Shown in pieces: positions 20,336 to 30,408 of a stretch of 64,000 nt of DNA. Below the pieces are notes generated by a model that saw only the letters and a list, made by a program, of their open reading frames with translations, did no database searches and was not told where the DNA came from. The position numbers and the translations under genes were made by a program. The DNA comes from an uncultured delta proteobacterium (GTDB taxonomy: Bacteria; Desulfobacterota; Binatia; UBA9968), in NCBI GenBank assembly GCA_963745035.1, contig CAVUVW010000011.1, forward strand, positions 1-64,000. The letters run 5' to 3'. The stretch's first letter is position 1; every line of letters begins with the position of its first letter.

Positions 20336-21320
20336 TCATTCCTGCCACCTCGCCAGCACTCTTTGCGTGTACACTTTCGCCATCTTCTTTCTATACCAAT
20401 AATCCAAGTCGGCATTGTCGAGCGGATGAGCGGCTTTCGCCGCCGCGTCGGCGACGGCATCGATCAACTCAGGAGTAACTTTCTTGCCCTGCAGCAATGT
20501 CGTCGCTTCGTTGATCACCTTTGGCGCCGACGCCACGGCGGTAAGCACGAGGCTCGCATGACGGCATTCCCCGCGTTCATCGATATCCATCGTAGCGGCC
20601 ACGCCCAGGATCGGAAAGTCGAAGGAGCCGCGGCGGCGCAATTTGAGATAGGCATTGCGTCGCGTCAAACTTTGCCGCGGAATGAATAATGATTTGAGCA
20701 CTTCGTCTTTCGCTTTGGCCGAATACTCGATGCCGTCGTCGCGATACAAATCTTCGAGCTTGACCCGGCGCTCGCCTTGCCGATTGACGACAATTGCTTC
20801 GGCGTCCAAGCTCACCAGCACCGGCGCCGTGTCCGACGAAGCGATCGCCAAGCACTTGGCACTGCCGGGAGCGACCAGACAAATGTCGCCATCTTTTTTC
20901 ATGCAGAAGCCCACGGCCTGACGCCAGAAATGAGTTTGATCGTAGTAGTTGCAGCGGGTGTCGACGATGACGTTGCCGCCGATGGTTCCCATGTTTCGAA
21001 GCTGCGGGCGTCGAGACCGATTCCGCGGCGTGCGCGAGCGCGGGAAGATGTTTTGCGATCAGACGATGATGTGAAACCGTGGTCAGGCTTTCCCCGGCGC
21101 CGATCCAGAGACCGTCTTTGCTCTGGCGAATGCCCTTCAGCTCACGCAGCCCTCTCAAGGAAATTAAGTTGCGCGGCGTGAATTGCCCGCGCTTCATCTT
21201 CGGATACACGTCCGTACCGCCCGCGACGAACATGGCGTCGGGCCCCAGGTCTGCAAGCGCTTTGGTCGCCTGCTTCAGCGAACGCGGTTGATAGTATTTG
21301 AAGTCCGGCAATCGCAGCAT
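20336..21320 (-). CDS. hcrB: 4-hydroxybenzoyl-CoA reductase beta-like FAD subunit, frameshift near 21005
   Basis: AGGTD, GTIGGN FAD motifs plus four-Cys insertion RCNYY..FCMKK..ICLV..KCLA typical of the HcrB [4Fe-4S] domain. Confidence 0.8.
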
Positions 21321-21368
21321 AGTCTCAGGCGGTGCCCTGATCTGACAGATCTTGAGATCTTGCGTGTT

Positions 21369-21457
21369 CGTCATTGCGGCCAAGCTGGAGATAGCTAGCG
21401 CGAGCCGGAATCCAGGTATTAAGAAAGGCCTGGATTCCCGCTTTCGCGGGAATGACG
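21369..21457. repeat. CGTC-tagged inverted palindrome pair
   Basis: CGTCATTGCGG..GGAATCCAG / CTGGATTCCCGCTTTCGCGGGAATGACG. Confidence 0.8.
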
Positions 21458-21498
21458 AAAAGGCCATTCACTGTTTCATCAAGTCTTTTCATTCGAGC

Positions 21499-23874
21499 CT
21501 AGCTCTTCTGCTGCACTTCGATCCCATCCCCCGGCTGCCATTTGATCGGCGCCGGAAATTTGAAATCAGGAATCGAAATCGGCTTTAGCCGACCCTCCAG
21601 AGCCCGCAGAATCTTGTCCGGCGTGATCGGCACTTCATGGATGCGCACGCCGATGGCGTCGTAAACGGCGTTCGCCACCGCGGGCACGACCGGCAGGAGC
21701 GGCCCCTGGCCCGCTTCTTTTGCGCCGTAGGGTCCTTCGGGGTCATCAGTCTCGACGAGGATCGTTTCGATCTCCGGCGTTTCCAAAGTGGTCGGGCTTT
21801 TGTACTCCAAGATGGACGGGATTTTATGCAGGCCGTTCTTGCGAAAGATCTGCTCCTCCATTAACGCCTCACCCAGCGCCATGTAAACGCTGCCTTCGGT
21901 TTGCCCTTCGACGAGTAGGGGATTGAAGGCGCGCCCGCAGTCGTGCGCGATCCAAACTTTGTCGAGCTTGATTTCGCCCGTGGCGCTGTCGCAGTGCAGC
22001 TCCACGATCGAAGTGGTGAAGCTATAGGCCGGCGTGGGGCCGACGCCCGAGCCTTTGAAGTCGCGCGGGTTCTTGGGTGGCCAGTAGCTGCCGGTGGCGC
22101 CGAGTGTGCCGTGCTTCCCCTCAGCTTTTTGAACCGCGTCGGCAAAGCTCATGGCGCACTTGGGTATTTTTGTACTGCGAATCATGCCTCCAACGAAATC
22201 GAGATCGTCCGGCGGCACTTCGAGCGCTTTGCTCGCGGCTTCGAGCAGCAAAGGCTTGAGCTTGCCGCAGGCCTGGACCGCGGCGTTGCCTGTCATTACC
22301 GTGACGCGGCTCGAATAGCTGCCGAGATCCACCGGGGTCAAATCCGTATCCGCCGTTAAAACTCTGATGTCGGCGGGATCGATGCCGAATTCTTCTGCGA
22401 CGGCATAGGCGAGGATCGAATCCGATCCCTGCCCGATGTCGATGGAGCCGCAGAATACGGTTACGCCGCCGCTGCGGTCGAGCTTGATCTGCACGCCCGA
22501 GTGCGGCATGTCGTTCCAATAAATCGGCAATCCCGCGCCGCTGATGTAGGAGCTTGCCGCGAAGCCGACGCCGTGGCCGAAGGGGAGCTTGCGGAATTTT
22601 TTCTTCCATTCGGCGCGCTCGGCGACCCGCTCGGTGCACTCGCGCAAGCCGGTGCTGCTGACGCGTAAACCGTTCACCGTGGTCGTGTTCGGCCCGACAA
22701 GTTGCTTGAGACGCAGATCGATGGGATCGATGCCGAGCTTCTCGGCGATCTCGTCCAGTTGGATTTCCAATGCGAAGCGCGGCTGCGGCGTGCCATGGCC
22801 GCGCTTGGGGCCGCACGCCGGTTTATTGGTGAACACGCGCACGCCTTCGAACTTGTACGCTGGCACATTGTAAGTCACGGTCTGCAGCGCGCCGGTATAA
22901 TAGACCGTCGCCAGGCCGTAGCTGCTGTAGCCGCCGCCGTCGAGGTAGGTTTTATACTGCATCGCCTGGATTGTGCCGTCGTTCTTCACGCCCATCTTGG
23001 CGAACATTTTCACCGGATGCCTGCCGCGGTGGATGTAGAACGATTCCTCGCGATTGAGGGTGATCTTGACCGGCCGCCGGGTGATCATCGACAGCTTGGC
23101 GGCGCAGAGCTCGTGCGAAAACGGATCGCTCTTGCCGCCGAAGCCACCGCCAACCGGAGTGGCGACCACGCGAATGCGGCTTGCCGGCAAGTCCAAAACT
23201 TTGGTCAAAGCCCGATGAACGTAATGCGGCGTTTGGGTAGACGACCACAGAGTGAGTTTGTCGTCCGGACCGTAGAAGGCGACGGCCGCATACTGCTCCA
23301 TCGGTAGATGGGTATTGCCTTGGTAGAAGAAAGTTCCTTCGTGAATGTAGTCGGAATCGGCGAAGCCGCGGTCGACGTCGGCAAACTCAAATGAAACTGC
23401 TTTCTGAATATTGGCGTGGCGGTTCCAGGTGTGAATGCGCTGACTCTCTTCGGTGGATGCGAGCGCTTCTTCGATGCTGAGAATCGGTTTTAGCACTTCG
23501 TAATCAACATCGATAAGGCCCAATGCTTTTTCCGCCAGGCTTTCGGTGGCTGCCGCGACCGCGGCGACTGGATCGCCGGCATAGCGCACCTTATCGGTGG
23601 CCAGCGCCTCTTCGTCCTGGGTTGACGGCATGATCCCGAATTTCTCCGGCAGATCTGCGCCGGTAATCACAGCGTAGATGCCTTCGAGCTTCAGCGCACG
23701 CGCGGCATTGATGCCAAGCACACGCGCGTGCGGGTGGGGGCTGCGCAAGAGTTTCGCATAAATCGTGCGCGGCAAGTTGAGATCGTCGGCGTAAATAGTC
23801 TCGCCGGCGCATTTCGCCATCGCGTCGATTTTGCGCAGCGGCTTGCCGATGACCGAAAGAGTTTTCTTCGGCAT
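21499..23874 (-). CDS. hcrA: 4-hydroxybenzoyl-CoA reductase alpha-like molybdopterin subunit (xanthine oxidase family)
   Basis: GGGFGGK, RGHGTPQ, GSYSSRVT, VEGQ, GAKEAG. Confidence 0.8.
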   Translation of the reverse strand: MPKKTLSVIGKPLRKIDAMAKCAGETIYADDLNLPRTIYAKLLRSPHPHARVLGINAARALKLEGIYAVITGADLPEKFGIMPSTQDEEALATDKVRYAGDPVAAVAAATESLAEKALGLIDVDYEVLKPILSIEEALASTEESQRIHTWNRHANIQKAVSFEFADVDRGFADSDYIHEGTFFYQGNTHLPMEQYAAVAFYGPDDKLTLWSSTQTPHYVHRALTKVLDLPASRIRVVATPVGGGFGGKSDPFSHELCAAKLSMITRRPVKITLNREESFYIHRGRHPVKMFAKMGVKNDGTIQAMQYKTYLDGGGYSSYGLATVYYTGALQTVTYNVPAYKFEGVRVFTNKPACGPKRGHGTPQPRFALEIQLDEIAEKLGIDPIDLRLKQLVGPNTTTVNGLRVSSTGLRECTERVAERAEWKKKFRKLPFGHGVGFAASSYISGAGLPIYWNDMPHSGVQIKLDRSGGVTVFCGSIDIGQGSDSILAYAVAEEFGIDPADIRVLTADTDLTPVDLGSYSSRVTVMTGNAAVQACGKLKPLLLEAASKALEVPPDDLDFVGGMIRSTKIPKCAMSFADAVQKAEGKHGTLGATGSYWPPKNPRDFKGSGVGPTPAYSFTTSIVELHCDSATGEIKLDKVWIAHDCGRAFNPLLVEGQTEGSVYMALGEALMEEQIFRKNGLHKIPSILEYKSPTTLETPEIETILVETDDPEGPYGAKEAGQGPLLPVVPAVANAVYDAIGVRIHEVPITPDKILRALEGRLKPISIPDFKFPAPIKWQPGDGIEVQQKS

Positions 23875-23890
23875 CAAATCACCTTGTACA

Positions 23891-23985
23891 AATCTCCCCT
23901 GACCCCTCTTTTTCAAAGAGGGGAATCGGCATGGGTATAAACTCCGAACACATCCCCCTTTCAAAAGGGGGAACAGGGGGATTTT
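23891..23985. repeat. paired CCCC..GGGG hairpin REP-like repeat
   Basis: CCCCTCTTTTTCAAAGAGGGG and CCCCCTTTCAAAAGGGGG within AATCTCCCCT / AGGGGGATT ends; similar element at 55643-55732. Confidence 0.7.
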
Positions 23986-23988
23986 GAG

Positions 23989-24540
23989 TCATCGAATCAT
24001 TTCCTTGGCGGCCAGCTCGACGGCTTGCAATATTTTCGTGTAGCCGGTGCAGCGGCAGAGGTTTCCCGACAACGCTTGGCGGATCTCATCGCGCGTCGGC
24101 TGCGGATTTTCCTCCAGCAATGCTTTCGCCGTAAGGAGAATCCCTGGTATGCAATAACCGCATTGCGCCGCGCCGAGGTCGGCGAAGGCGTTTTGCAGCG
24201 GATGCGGTTTACCGTCGTGCATCATCCCCTCGACGGTGAGGACTTCCGTATTCAACGCTTCGATGCCGAGCGTCAAGCACGAAAGCACCGGCTTGCCGTC
24301 GACGAGCACCGCGCACGTGCCGCATTCGCCGAGCTCGCAGCCATGTTTCGTCCCGGTGAGGTTCATGTCTTCGCGCAGGACTTCCAGCAAAGTCTTGTTG
24401 ACCTCCGTGGCGACTTCGCGAGTCTCGCCGTTCACCCTCAGGCGCAAGAGCATTTTCGATGGATTCTGGGGATCCTTGCCGTTCTTTTTCATCCGGAGTT
24501 CCGCTCGGACAGTTCTATGCTCCGAAATAGTAGCTTGCAT
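23989..24540 (-). CDS. hcrC: 4-hydroxybenzoyl-CoA reductase gamma-like 2x[2Fe-2S] subunit (start may be 24492)
   Basis: GCELGECGTC, QCGYC, NLCRCTGY. Confidence 0.8.
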   Translation of the reverse strand: MQATISEHRTVRAELRMKKNGKDPQNPSKMLLRLRVNGETREVATEVNKTLLEVLREDMNLTGTKHGCELGECGTCAVLVDGKPVLSCLTLGIEALNTEVLTVEGMMHDGKPHPLQNAFADLGAAQCGYCIPGILLTAKALLEENPQPTRDEIRQALSGNLCRCTGYTKILQAVELAAKEMIR

Positions 24541-24599
24541 CCGAGATCGACTGCAAATCCGTGGTTTTTCGTTCCTCTATGCGAGCAGCGCGGCGCGGC

Positions 24600-25698
24600 T
24601 CATTTGCCTTTGGACAACTCACGCAAATAGTCCACTCCGGCCTTATAATCGTCCATGAGTTTTTTGACCCCATCTTTGACGATTCGATCCGCCTGATCTC
24701 CCATGATCGCATCGGGAGGCTCGCCGAGCGCTTTTTCGAACTCCGAGCGAAACGCCGCATCCTGGGTCATCTTCGCAAACGCATCGCTCAATGTCTTGAT
24801 CCGTTCCCGCGGGGTGCCCGGATGCAGGCCGACTGAGTATTGAAATGCTTGCGGGATGACCGAAGCTTTCCAGGCCTGCCAGCGGGCGCCGCTTTTCTTT
24901 TCCTTGGGCAGCACTTGGTCAAGGGTCGGCACATGCGGCAAGAGCTTCGACCGGGTAAAGCTTTCGTCGGTGCCGATGATGCCGGTCTGCCAGAGCACCG
25001 CCGCGATCCCGCTCTTTTCCCGCGGTTGAATATTCGCCTGATAGCCGTCCTGCGGATCTTCGAACAAGTGGATCTCGCCCTTTTCGAAGGCCAGCAAAAG
25101 ATCCGAAGAGCCTTTGTAGCCGTTGACCCATGTATGATCCACGCCGAACAATTCCAGGGCGAGTTTCGGTCTCAAGCTTCTCAAGCTCGATACTCCGGAG
25201 CCGCCGACACGAAACTGCATCGACGCTTTAGACAACTCCTCGGCCTTCCGCAATCCGGTAGTGTTAGGGTTCAATACGGTGAGCCAACTGTCGGAGCCGA
25301 GCCAGATGATCGGCACTTGACGGATGTCGTACTTGACGGTCGCGCCGGTCGTCAAGAAAGTATTCATGACCGTGCTCGAGGGGAAATGAAGCAACGTCAG
25401 TCCGTCCGGTTTGGCCACGCTGAAGGTGTAATTAGCCGCGACCAGACCGCCGGCGCCGACCATGTTTTGGACGACAATGGATGGATTGCCCGGAAGATAT
25501 TTCGCTAGGTGGCGGGCGAACAGGCGGGCGCGAATATCGATGGTTCCACCCGGCGCAAATCCGGCGATGATATTGACCGTTTTCCCGGCGTAAAACGGCT
25601 CTTCGGCGGCGCCTGGCGAGTTGCGCCGAGGACTGAAAAATTGGCGCGAGTCCAAGCGCCGCGAACGTTATGACCAGAGCTAGTTTTGCAATCTCCAT
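24600..25698 (-). CDS. TctC/Bug family substrate-binding protein, frameshift in signal peptide region near 25640
   Basis: MEIAKLALVITFAALG + FYAGKTV, PGGTID, QNMVGAGG. Confidence 0.85.
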
Positions 25699-25807
25699 AG
25701 TTAGACCTCCTACGAGTATGGATTACGATGACGCATCGAAATCTACAATGAAGCGGTCAGCTTTCAGTTTAGTTGGGTGACTCAGAAACTTGCGGAACAA
25801 TTCGATC

Positions 25808-25903
25808 GGCATTCCCGGCAACCCGGGATCAGAATCCGGGGTAACGCGACCCGGAATCCAGAAATTTCAAAACTATCGGATACCGGCCTTCGCCGGTATG
25901 ACG
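25808..25903. repeat. CGTC-type inverted palindrome pair
   Basis: GCATTCCCG..GGAATCCAG and GGATACCGGCCTTCGCCGGTATGACG. Confidence 0.65.
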
Positions 25904-25947
25904 GTTCGAGATGAACAGATTATTCATCGAACTTCTGAGACGGAACA

Positions 25948-27222
25948 CTAGATCTTGAAGAACCGTTTAGCCTTAAGCTCGAATCTGGGCAAGCTGCCCG
26001 GCGTCACCGTCTCAACCTGAGCGCGCAGGCCGATCCGTTCGCGCACGCGTTGGGCGACTCGTTCGGCCAATCCCTGAAGCGCGCTTGCGGCGGGACTCGG
26101 CTCCAAAATGATCTTCATTTGCTGCATCGAGGATTGCGCTGAAATTTCCACCCGAAACTCTTCGATGTCGGGAAATTCTCTAAGCAGATTCTCGACCGCG
26201 CTGGGAAATACGTTGACGCCGCGGACAATCGTCATGTCGTCCGCTCGTCCAAGTACTCCGCCGTCGAGGAGCATGAACGGCCGACCGCAGGGACAAGGTT
26301 CAAGGTTCGGTCGAACCAGATCGCCGATGCGGTAGCGAATCAACGGGCTGCCGATCCGGCCCAGATTGGTGATCACCAATTCGCCCTCGGCGCCGGGCTC
26401 GATCGGTTGTCCTGTCGACGGATCGATGACTTCGACGATGAATTCGTCTTCGTTGACGTGAATGCCGCCGGGTTGATTCTGGCATTCGAAGCCGAACGCT
26501 CCGACTTCGGTCGCGCCCGCGTGGTCGTAGCACTTTGCGCCCCAGGATTCTTCGATCAGTTTTTTGGTGCTGGGAATGCTCGCTCCCGGCTCGCCGGCAT
26601 GAATGGTGATCTTGATCGCGGTCTCTTTCGCGGGATCCATGCCGGCCTTTTTCGCTTCCGAGGCCAGATGCAGCGCATAGGTCGGCGTGCACACGAGCAC
26701 GGTTGCGCCGTAATCGACGATCGATTTGAGCCGCTGGGCGGTGGATTGCGCGCCGCCGGAAATCGCCAAAGCGCCGAGCTTGCGCGCGCCCTCCCAACCG
26801 GCCCAAAAGCCGATAAACGGGCCAAACGAAAACGCAAAGAAAATGCGATCGCCCGGCCGAACGCCGGCCCCCTCGAAGACGACCTTCCAGCACTCCGCCC
26901 ACCAGTTCCACGACTCTTCGGTGTCGAGCCAGTACATCGGCTTTCCCGTTGTGCCCGAGGTTTGATGGATGCGGATGTAGCGATCAACCGGGAAGGTCAG
27001 GTTCGTTCCGTAGGGAGGATAGCGAGATTGATTCTCCACCAGCTCGCTCTTCGTCGTAAAAGGCAACTGCGCCAGATCGTCCAAAGATTCGGCGTCCGTA
27101 ATACCCTTTTGCAAAAGCTTGTTGCGGTAGAACTCGTTGCTTGCCGCGACCGACTGAAGCATGCGGCGCAGTCGTTTGAGCTGCTCCTTTTCAATCTCGG
27201 CGCGCCCGGTTGCAGATGCCAT
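25948..27222 (-). CDS. phenylacetate-CoA ligase family (PaaK-like) protein
   Basis: LPFTTK, HQTSGTTGKP, DHAGATE, IRYRIGD, FELKAKR; AAGGAG RBS. Confidence 0.9.
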   Translation of the reverse strand: MASATGRAEIEKEQLKRLRRMLQSVAASNEFYRNKLLQKGITDAESLDDLAQLPFTTKSELVENQSRYPPYGTNLTFPVDRYIRIHQTSGTTGKPMYWLDTEESWNWWAECWKVVFEGAGVRPGDRIFFAFSFGPFIGFWAGWEGARKLGALAISGGAQSTAQRLKSIVDYGATVLVCTPTYALHLASEAKKAGMDPAKETAIKITIHAGEPGASIPSTKKLIEESWGAKCYDHAGATEVGAFGFECQNQPGGIHVNEDEFIVEVIDPSTGQPIEPGAEGELVITNLGRIGSPLIRYRIGDLVRPNLEPCPCGRPFMLLDGGVLGRADDMTIVRGVNVFPSAVENLLREFPDIEEFRVEISAQSSMQQMKIILEPSPAASALQGLAERVAQRVRERIGLRAQVETVTPGSLPRFELKAKRFFKI

Positions 27223-27403
27223 GCAATCTCCTTTACGGGGTTGGCAAGACGCAATCTTCCAGCACTTGTTCGATCGGAATCTATTATCGACATGGTAGAA
27301 CTGCAAGCCGGCAATCGCACCGGACGCCGCTGCGAAATGAGCCTTGCCCTGGTCAGTCCCCTTGATATAACTTGCGAGCGCCGGAGTCAGGGTTGGCAAA
27401 TCC

Positions 27404-28204
27404 ATGACGCAAGCAACGAAGATCGCGATTCGCGATATTGAGCATGTTTACGCGAGCGATTTCTCCACCGTTGCGGCACTGGGAAGCGTGAGCCTCACCG
27501 TCGGCGAAGGCGAATTTGTCGCGCTCTTGGGACCGAGCGGATGCGGCAAGTCTTCGCTCCTGCGCATCGTCGCCGATCTCTTGCGCCCGACGGCCGGCAC
27601 CGTGGAGATCTATTCTTCTTCCAGCGAAAACGGCAACGACCGTCCGAAGACCGCGCTGGTGTTCCAGGAGTACGCGCTTTTTCCGTGGCGCACCGTGCTC
27701 GAAAATGTCGTCTTCTCCCTGGAAATGCGCGGCATGCCCGGCGAGGAGCGCGCCGCCCGCGCGCGCAAAGTGCTTGGCCGGGTCGGGCTGCAAAGCTTTG
27801 CCGGAGCTTACCCCCATCAGCTTTCCGGCGGCATGCGCCAGCGGGTCGGTATCGCCCGGGCCCTGGCGGCGGAACCGGAGGTGCTGCTGATGGATGAGCC
27901 GTTTGGCGCCCTGGATGCGCAGACGCGCACGGTTCTGCAAGAGGAATTGCTGCGCGTGTGGGAGAGCGAGCGCAAGACCGTTCTGTATGTGACCCACAGT
28001 ATCGACGAAGCCGTCTACATGTCGGATCGAGTGGTGCTGCTGAGCGCGCGGCCGGGGCGAATCAAAGCCGAGTATACCGTCGAGCTGCCGCGCCCCCGCA
28101 ACATGGAAATGCGCGGTTGGAATTCGTACACCAAGCTGTCGTTGGACATCTGGGCTGCGCTCAAAGACGAAGTAGATCGGGCGATGGTTTCGGAAAATCC
28201 ATAA
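27404..28204 (+). CDS. NitT/TauT family ABC transporter ATP-binding protein
   Basis: GPSGCGKS, LSGGMRQR, DEPFGALD. Confidence 0.92.
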   Translation: MTQATKIAIRDIEHVYASDFSTVAALGSVSLTVGEGEFVALLGPSGCGKSSLLRIVADLLRPTAGTVEIYSSSSENGNDRPKTALVFQEYALFPWRTVLENVVFSLEMRGMPGEERAARARKVLGRVGLQSFAGAYPHQLSGGMRQRVGIARALAAEPEVLLMDEPFGALDAQTRTVLQEELLRVWESERKTVLYVTHSIDEAVYMSDRVVLLSARPGRIKAEYTVELPRPRNMEMRGWNSYTKLSLDIWAALKDEVDRAMVSENP

Positions 28205-28390
28205 CAAGAGAAACTCAAAGCACGAAATCCGAAGCACGAAACTCGAAACAAATTCAAATGATTGGAACAAATGCAATATTCCAAACTCGATTCTTCGGAC
28301 TAGTATTTGATTTTTGTTTGGTAATTGAGGGTTTCTTTGGCTTCGGGTTTGTTTCGGATTTCGATATTCGAATTTCGGATTTTGATCTGA
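28205..28390. repeat. inverted 7-nt-period repeat arms (AAATCCG(n) / TTTCGGA(n))
   Basis: GCACGAAATCCGAAGCACGAAACTCGAAAC ... GTTTCGGATTTCGATATTCGAATTTCGGATTT; siblings at 30045, 38720-38945, 42610-42730. Confidence 0.8.
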
Positions 28391-28457
28391 TGGCTTCTCT
28401 GCGCGATAAGGCTGAGCGGTTTCCATTGGGCATGTTATTAGAGGAACAAATTTGAAA

Positions 28458-29250
28458 ATGCTGCTTTCTCGAGTTTTGTCGCGCGAGGTCGTTATTCCTT
28501 TGGCGACCTCGTTGGCCATGCTCGCGGCTTGGGAAATCCTGGTGCATATCGGCGTGCTGCGCGCAGCGTTCTTTCCTGCGCCGACGAGCGTTGCTCAGAC
28601 TCTGTGGGGCTTGGCCCTGAGCGGCGAGCTATGGATCCATGTGGCGATGACGTTAGTACGGCTGGTCGGGTCTTTTCTGATGGCGGTGATTCCCGGCACC
28701 GCCATCGGCCTCGCGATGGGCTGGTGGCTCCAAATGCGGCTAGTTGCCGATCCGCTGGTGCGGCTTTTGTTTCCGATTCCAAGCATCGCTTTTTTTCCGG
28801 TGGTGATTTTTTATCTCGGCCTGAGCGAATGGGGCTTGCTGCTGACGGCGGCGATCACGCCGTTCCTTCTGATCTCGGTGCAAGCCGCCGCCGCCGTTGA
28901 AGGCTTGGAGCGAACGCTGCTGGAGGCGGGCAGGAATTATGGGGCCACCGGAGGGCGGCTGTTCACGCGAGTAATCCTGCCGGCGGCGCTGCCGCATCTC
29001 TTCGTCGGCTACCGCCTGGCGGTAGGAGTCGGGATTTATCGTCACCGTAGCCGTCGAGATGATCGCGGCCAAACACGGCCTTGGCGGGTTTCTCTGGCAC
29101 TCCTGGCAGATCCTGCGCATAGAAGAGATGTACGTTGGACTCGTCCTTATAGGGATGCTCGGAATTCTGGTTACCTATGGGCTGGAAGCGTTGGCGGAGC
29201 GTTTGATGCCCTGGCAGGTGGACTTGTTGCGCTCGAAGGGACAGCGATGA
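28458..29250 (+). CDS. NitT/TauT ABC permease 1, frameshift near 29031
   Basis: Hydrophobic, LLEAGRNYGA loop, LPAALP; C-terminus VEMIAAKHGLG in shifted frame. Confidence 0.85.
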
Positions 29251-30023
29251 TGGCGCGCCGTCCCGGCTGGCGAGCTTTTGCATCTCCGGCTATCGCCATC
29301 ATCGTCTGGGAGCTGCTGGCGACAGCAGGAATCCTGCGGCCTGACTACGTGCCGCCGCCGAGCCAACTGGGACCTCACCTGGCCGGGCTTCTGGCAGGCG
29401 GCGAGCTGTGGCGACATCTTTCCATGACGCTGTACAGACTTTCACTGAGTTTTCTATTTGCGGTCATACCCGCTGTGCTCCTCGGCTTGAGCCTTGGCAT
29501 GTCCCGCAACGTAAGGCTGGCTCTCGAACCTCTCCTCAACTCGCTCTATGCGATTCCCAAAATCGCTCTGCTGCCGTTGGTGATGTTGATCCTGGGGGTC
29601 AACGAGCGCACCCTTATTTTCACCTCCATGCTCACAAGCTTCGTGCAGATGACCGTAAGCACGATGGGCGGCGTGCTGGCGGTCGATCGGAGCATTCTGG
29701 AAGCCGGCAAAAATTACGGCGCCACCGGCTGGCGCTTGTTCCGCTACGTGCTTTTGCCCGCGGCTCTGCCCGCCATCTTCACGGGTATGCGTATCGGACT
29801 GGGTCTCACTTTGGTGCTGGTGGTCGCGGTCGAACTGACGGCGGCGCAGGAAGGGCTCGGCGCCTTCCTTTGGACGGCGGGCCAGACCTTTGCGGCAAAA
29901 AACCTGTTCTCGGTCTTTATCGTGATCGGCGTTCTCGGGTGGATGCTCACTTACGGGCTGGAGCGAATCGGCGAGCGGCTCATGCCTTGGCAGCAGCGGT
30001 CGAGCGCTTCTATGTTCCTGTGA
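29247..30023 (+). CDS. NitT/TauT ABC permease 2
   Basis: ATGA overlap with permease 1; ILEAGKNYGA, LPAALP. Confidence 0.88.
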   Translation: MMARRPGWRAFASPAIAIIVWELLATAGILRPDYVPPPSQLGPHLAGLLAGGELWRHLSMTLYRLSLSFLFAVIPAVLLGLSLGMSRNVRLALEPLLNSLYAIPKIALLPLVMLILGVNERTLIFTSMLTSFVQMTVSTMGGVLAVDRSILEAGKNYGATGWRLFRYVLLPAALPAIFTGMRIGLGLTLVLVVAVELTAAQEGLGAFLWTAGQTFAAKNLFSVFIVIGVLGWMLTYGLERIGERLMPWQQRSSASMFL

Positions 30024-30189
30024 CGCGTATGTGACAGGACGACAAATTCGAAGCGCGAAATCCAAAATTCGAAACAAATTCAAAAAAGCGAAATCATAAA
30101 CTTTGCGAGCTTGGCGTCTTGGCGGGAGGTAAATCTCGATTCGGAAGAGAATCATTTCGCGCAAAGGCGCCGAGACGCCAAGCAGAAAA

Positions 30190-30380
30190 TGAACTACCCC
30201 CGGCAGCTAGCTTCGGGGTAGCAGAGCTGAGCGATGACAATTGTCTCTAGGGCGTCACCCCCGAATGTTTTTATCGGGGGTCCAGGTTTGGTCTCGCCTG
30301 GATTCCCGCTTAATGCATGCGGGAATGACGGACTTCGAAAATAAACCAGCTAATGCAGCAAGCTGCACCCGCAGCAATTA
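30190..30380. repeat. composite repeat: ACCCC..GGGGT hairpin and GCAGCAAGCTGC palindrome enclosing a CGTC pair (30253-30330)
   Basis: CGTCACCCCCGAATGTTTTTATCGGGGGTCCAG / CTGGATTCCCGCTTAATGCATGCGGGAATGACG. Confidence 0.6.
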
Positions 30381-30408
30381 AAGGAATGATTTCGAAGGAG
30401 GAAACCAT

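Noticed and set aside
14330-27441. Long antisense ORFs such as 14330-15466, 18753-19904 and 26407-27441
   Set aside because: GC-rich shadow frames of well-supported genes
28452-30023. 523-aa fused double permease
   Set aside because: Artefact of a 1-nt insertion; two genes overlap at ATGA 29247-29250
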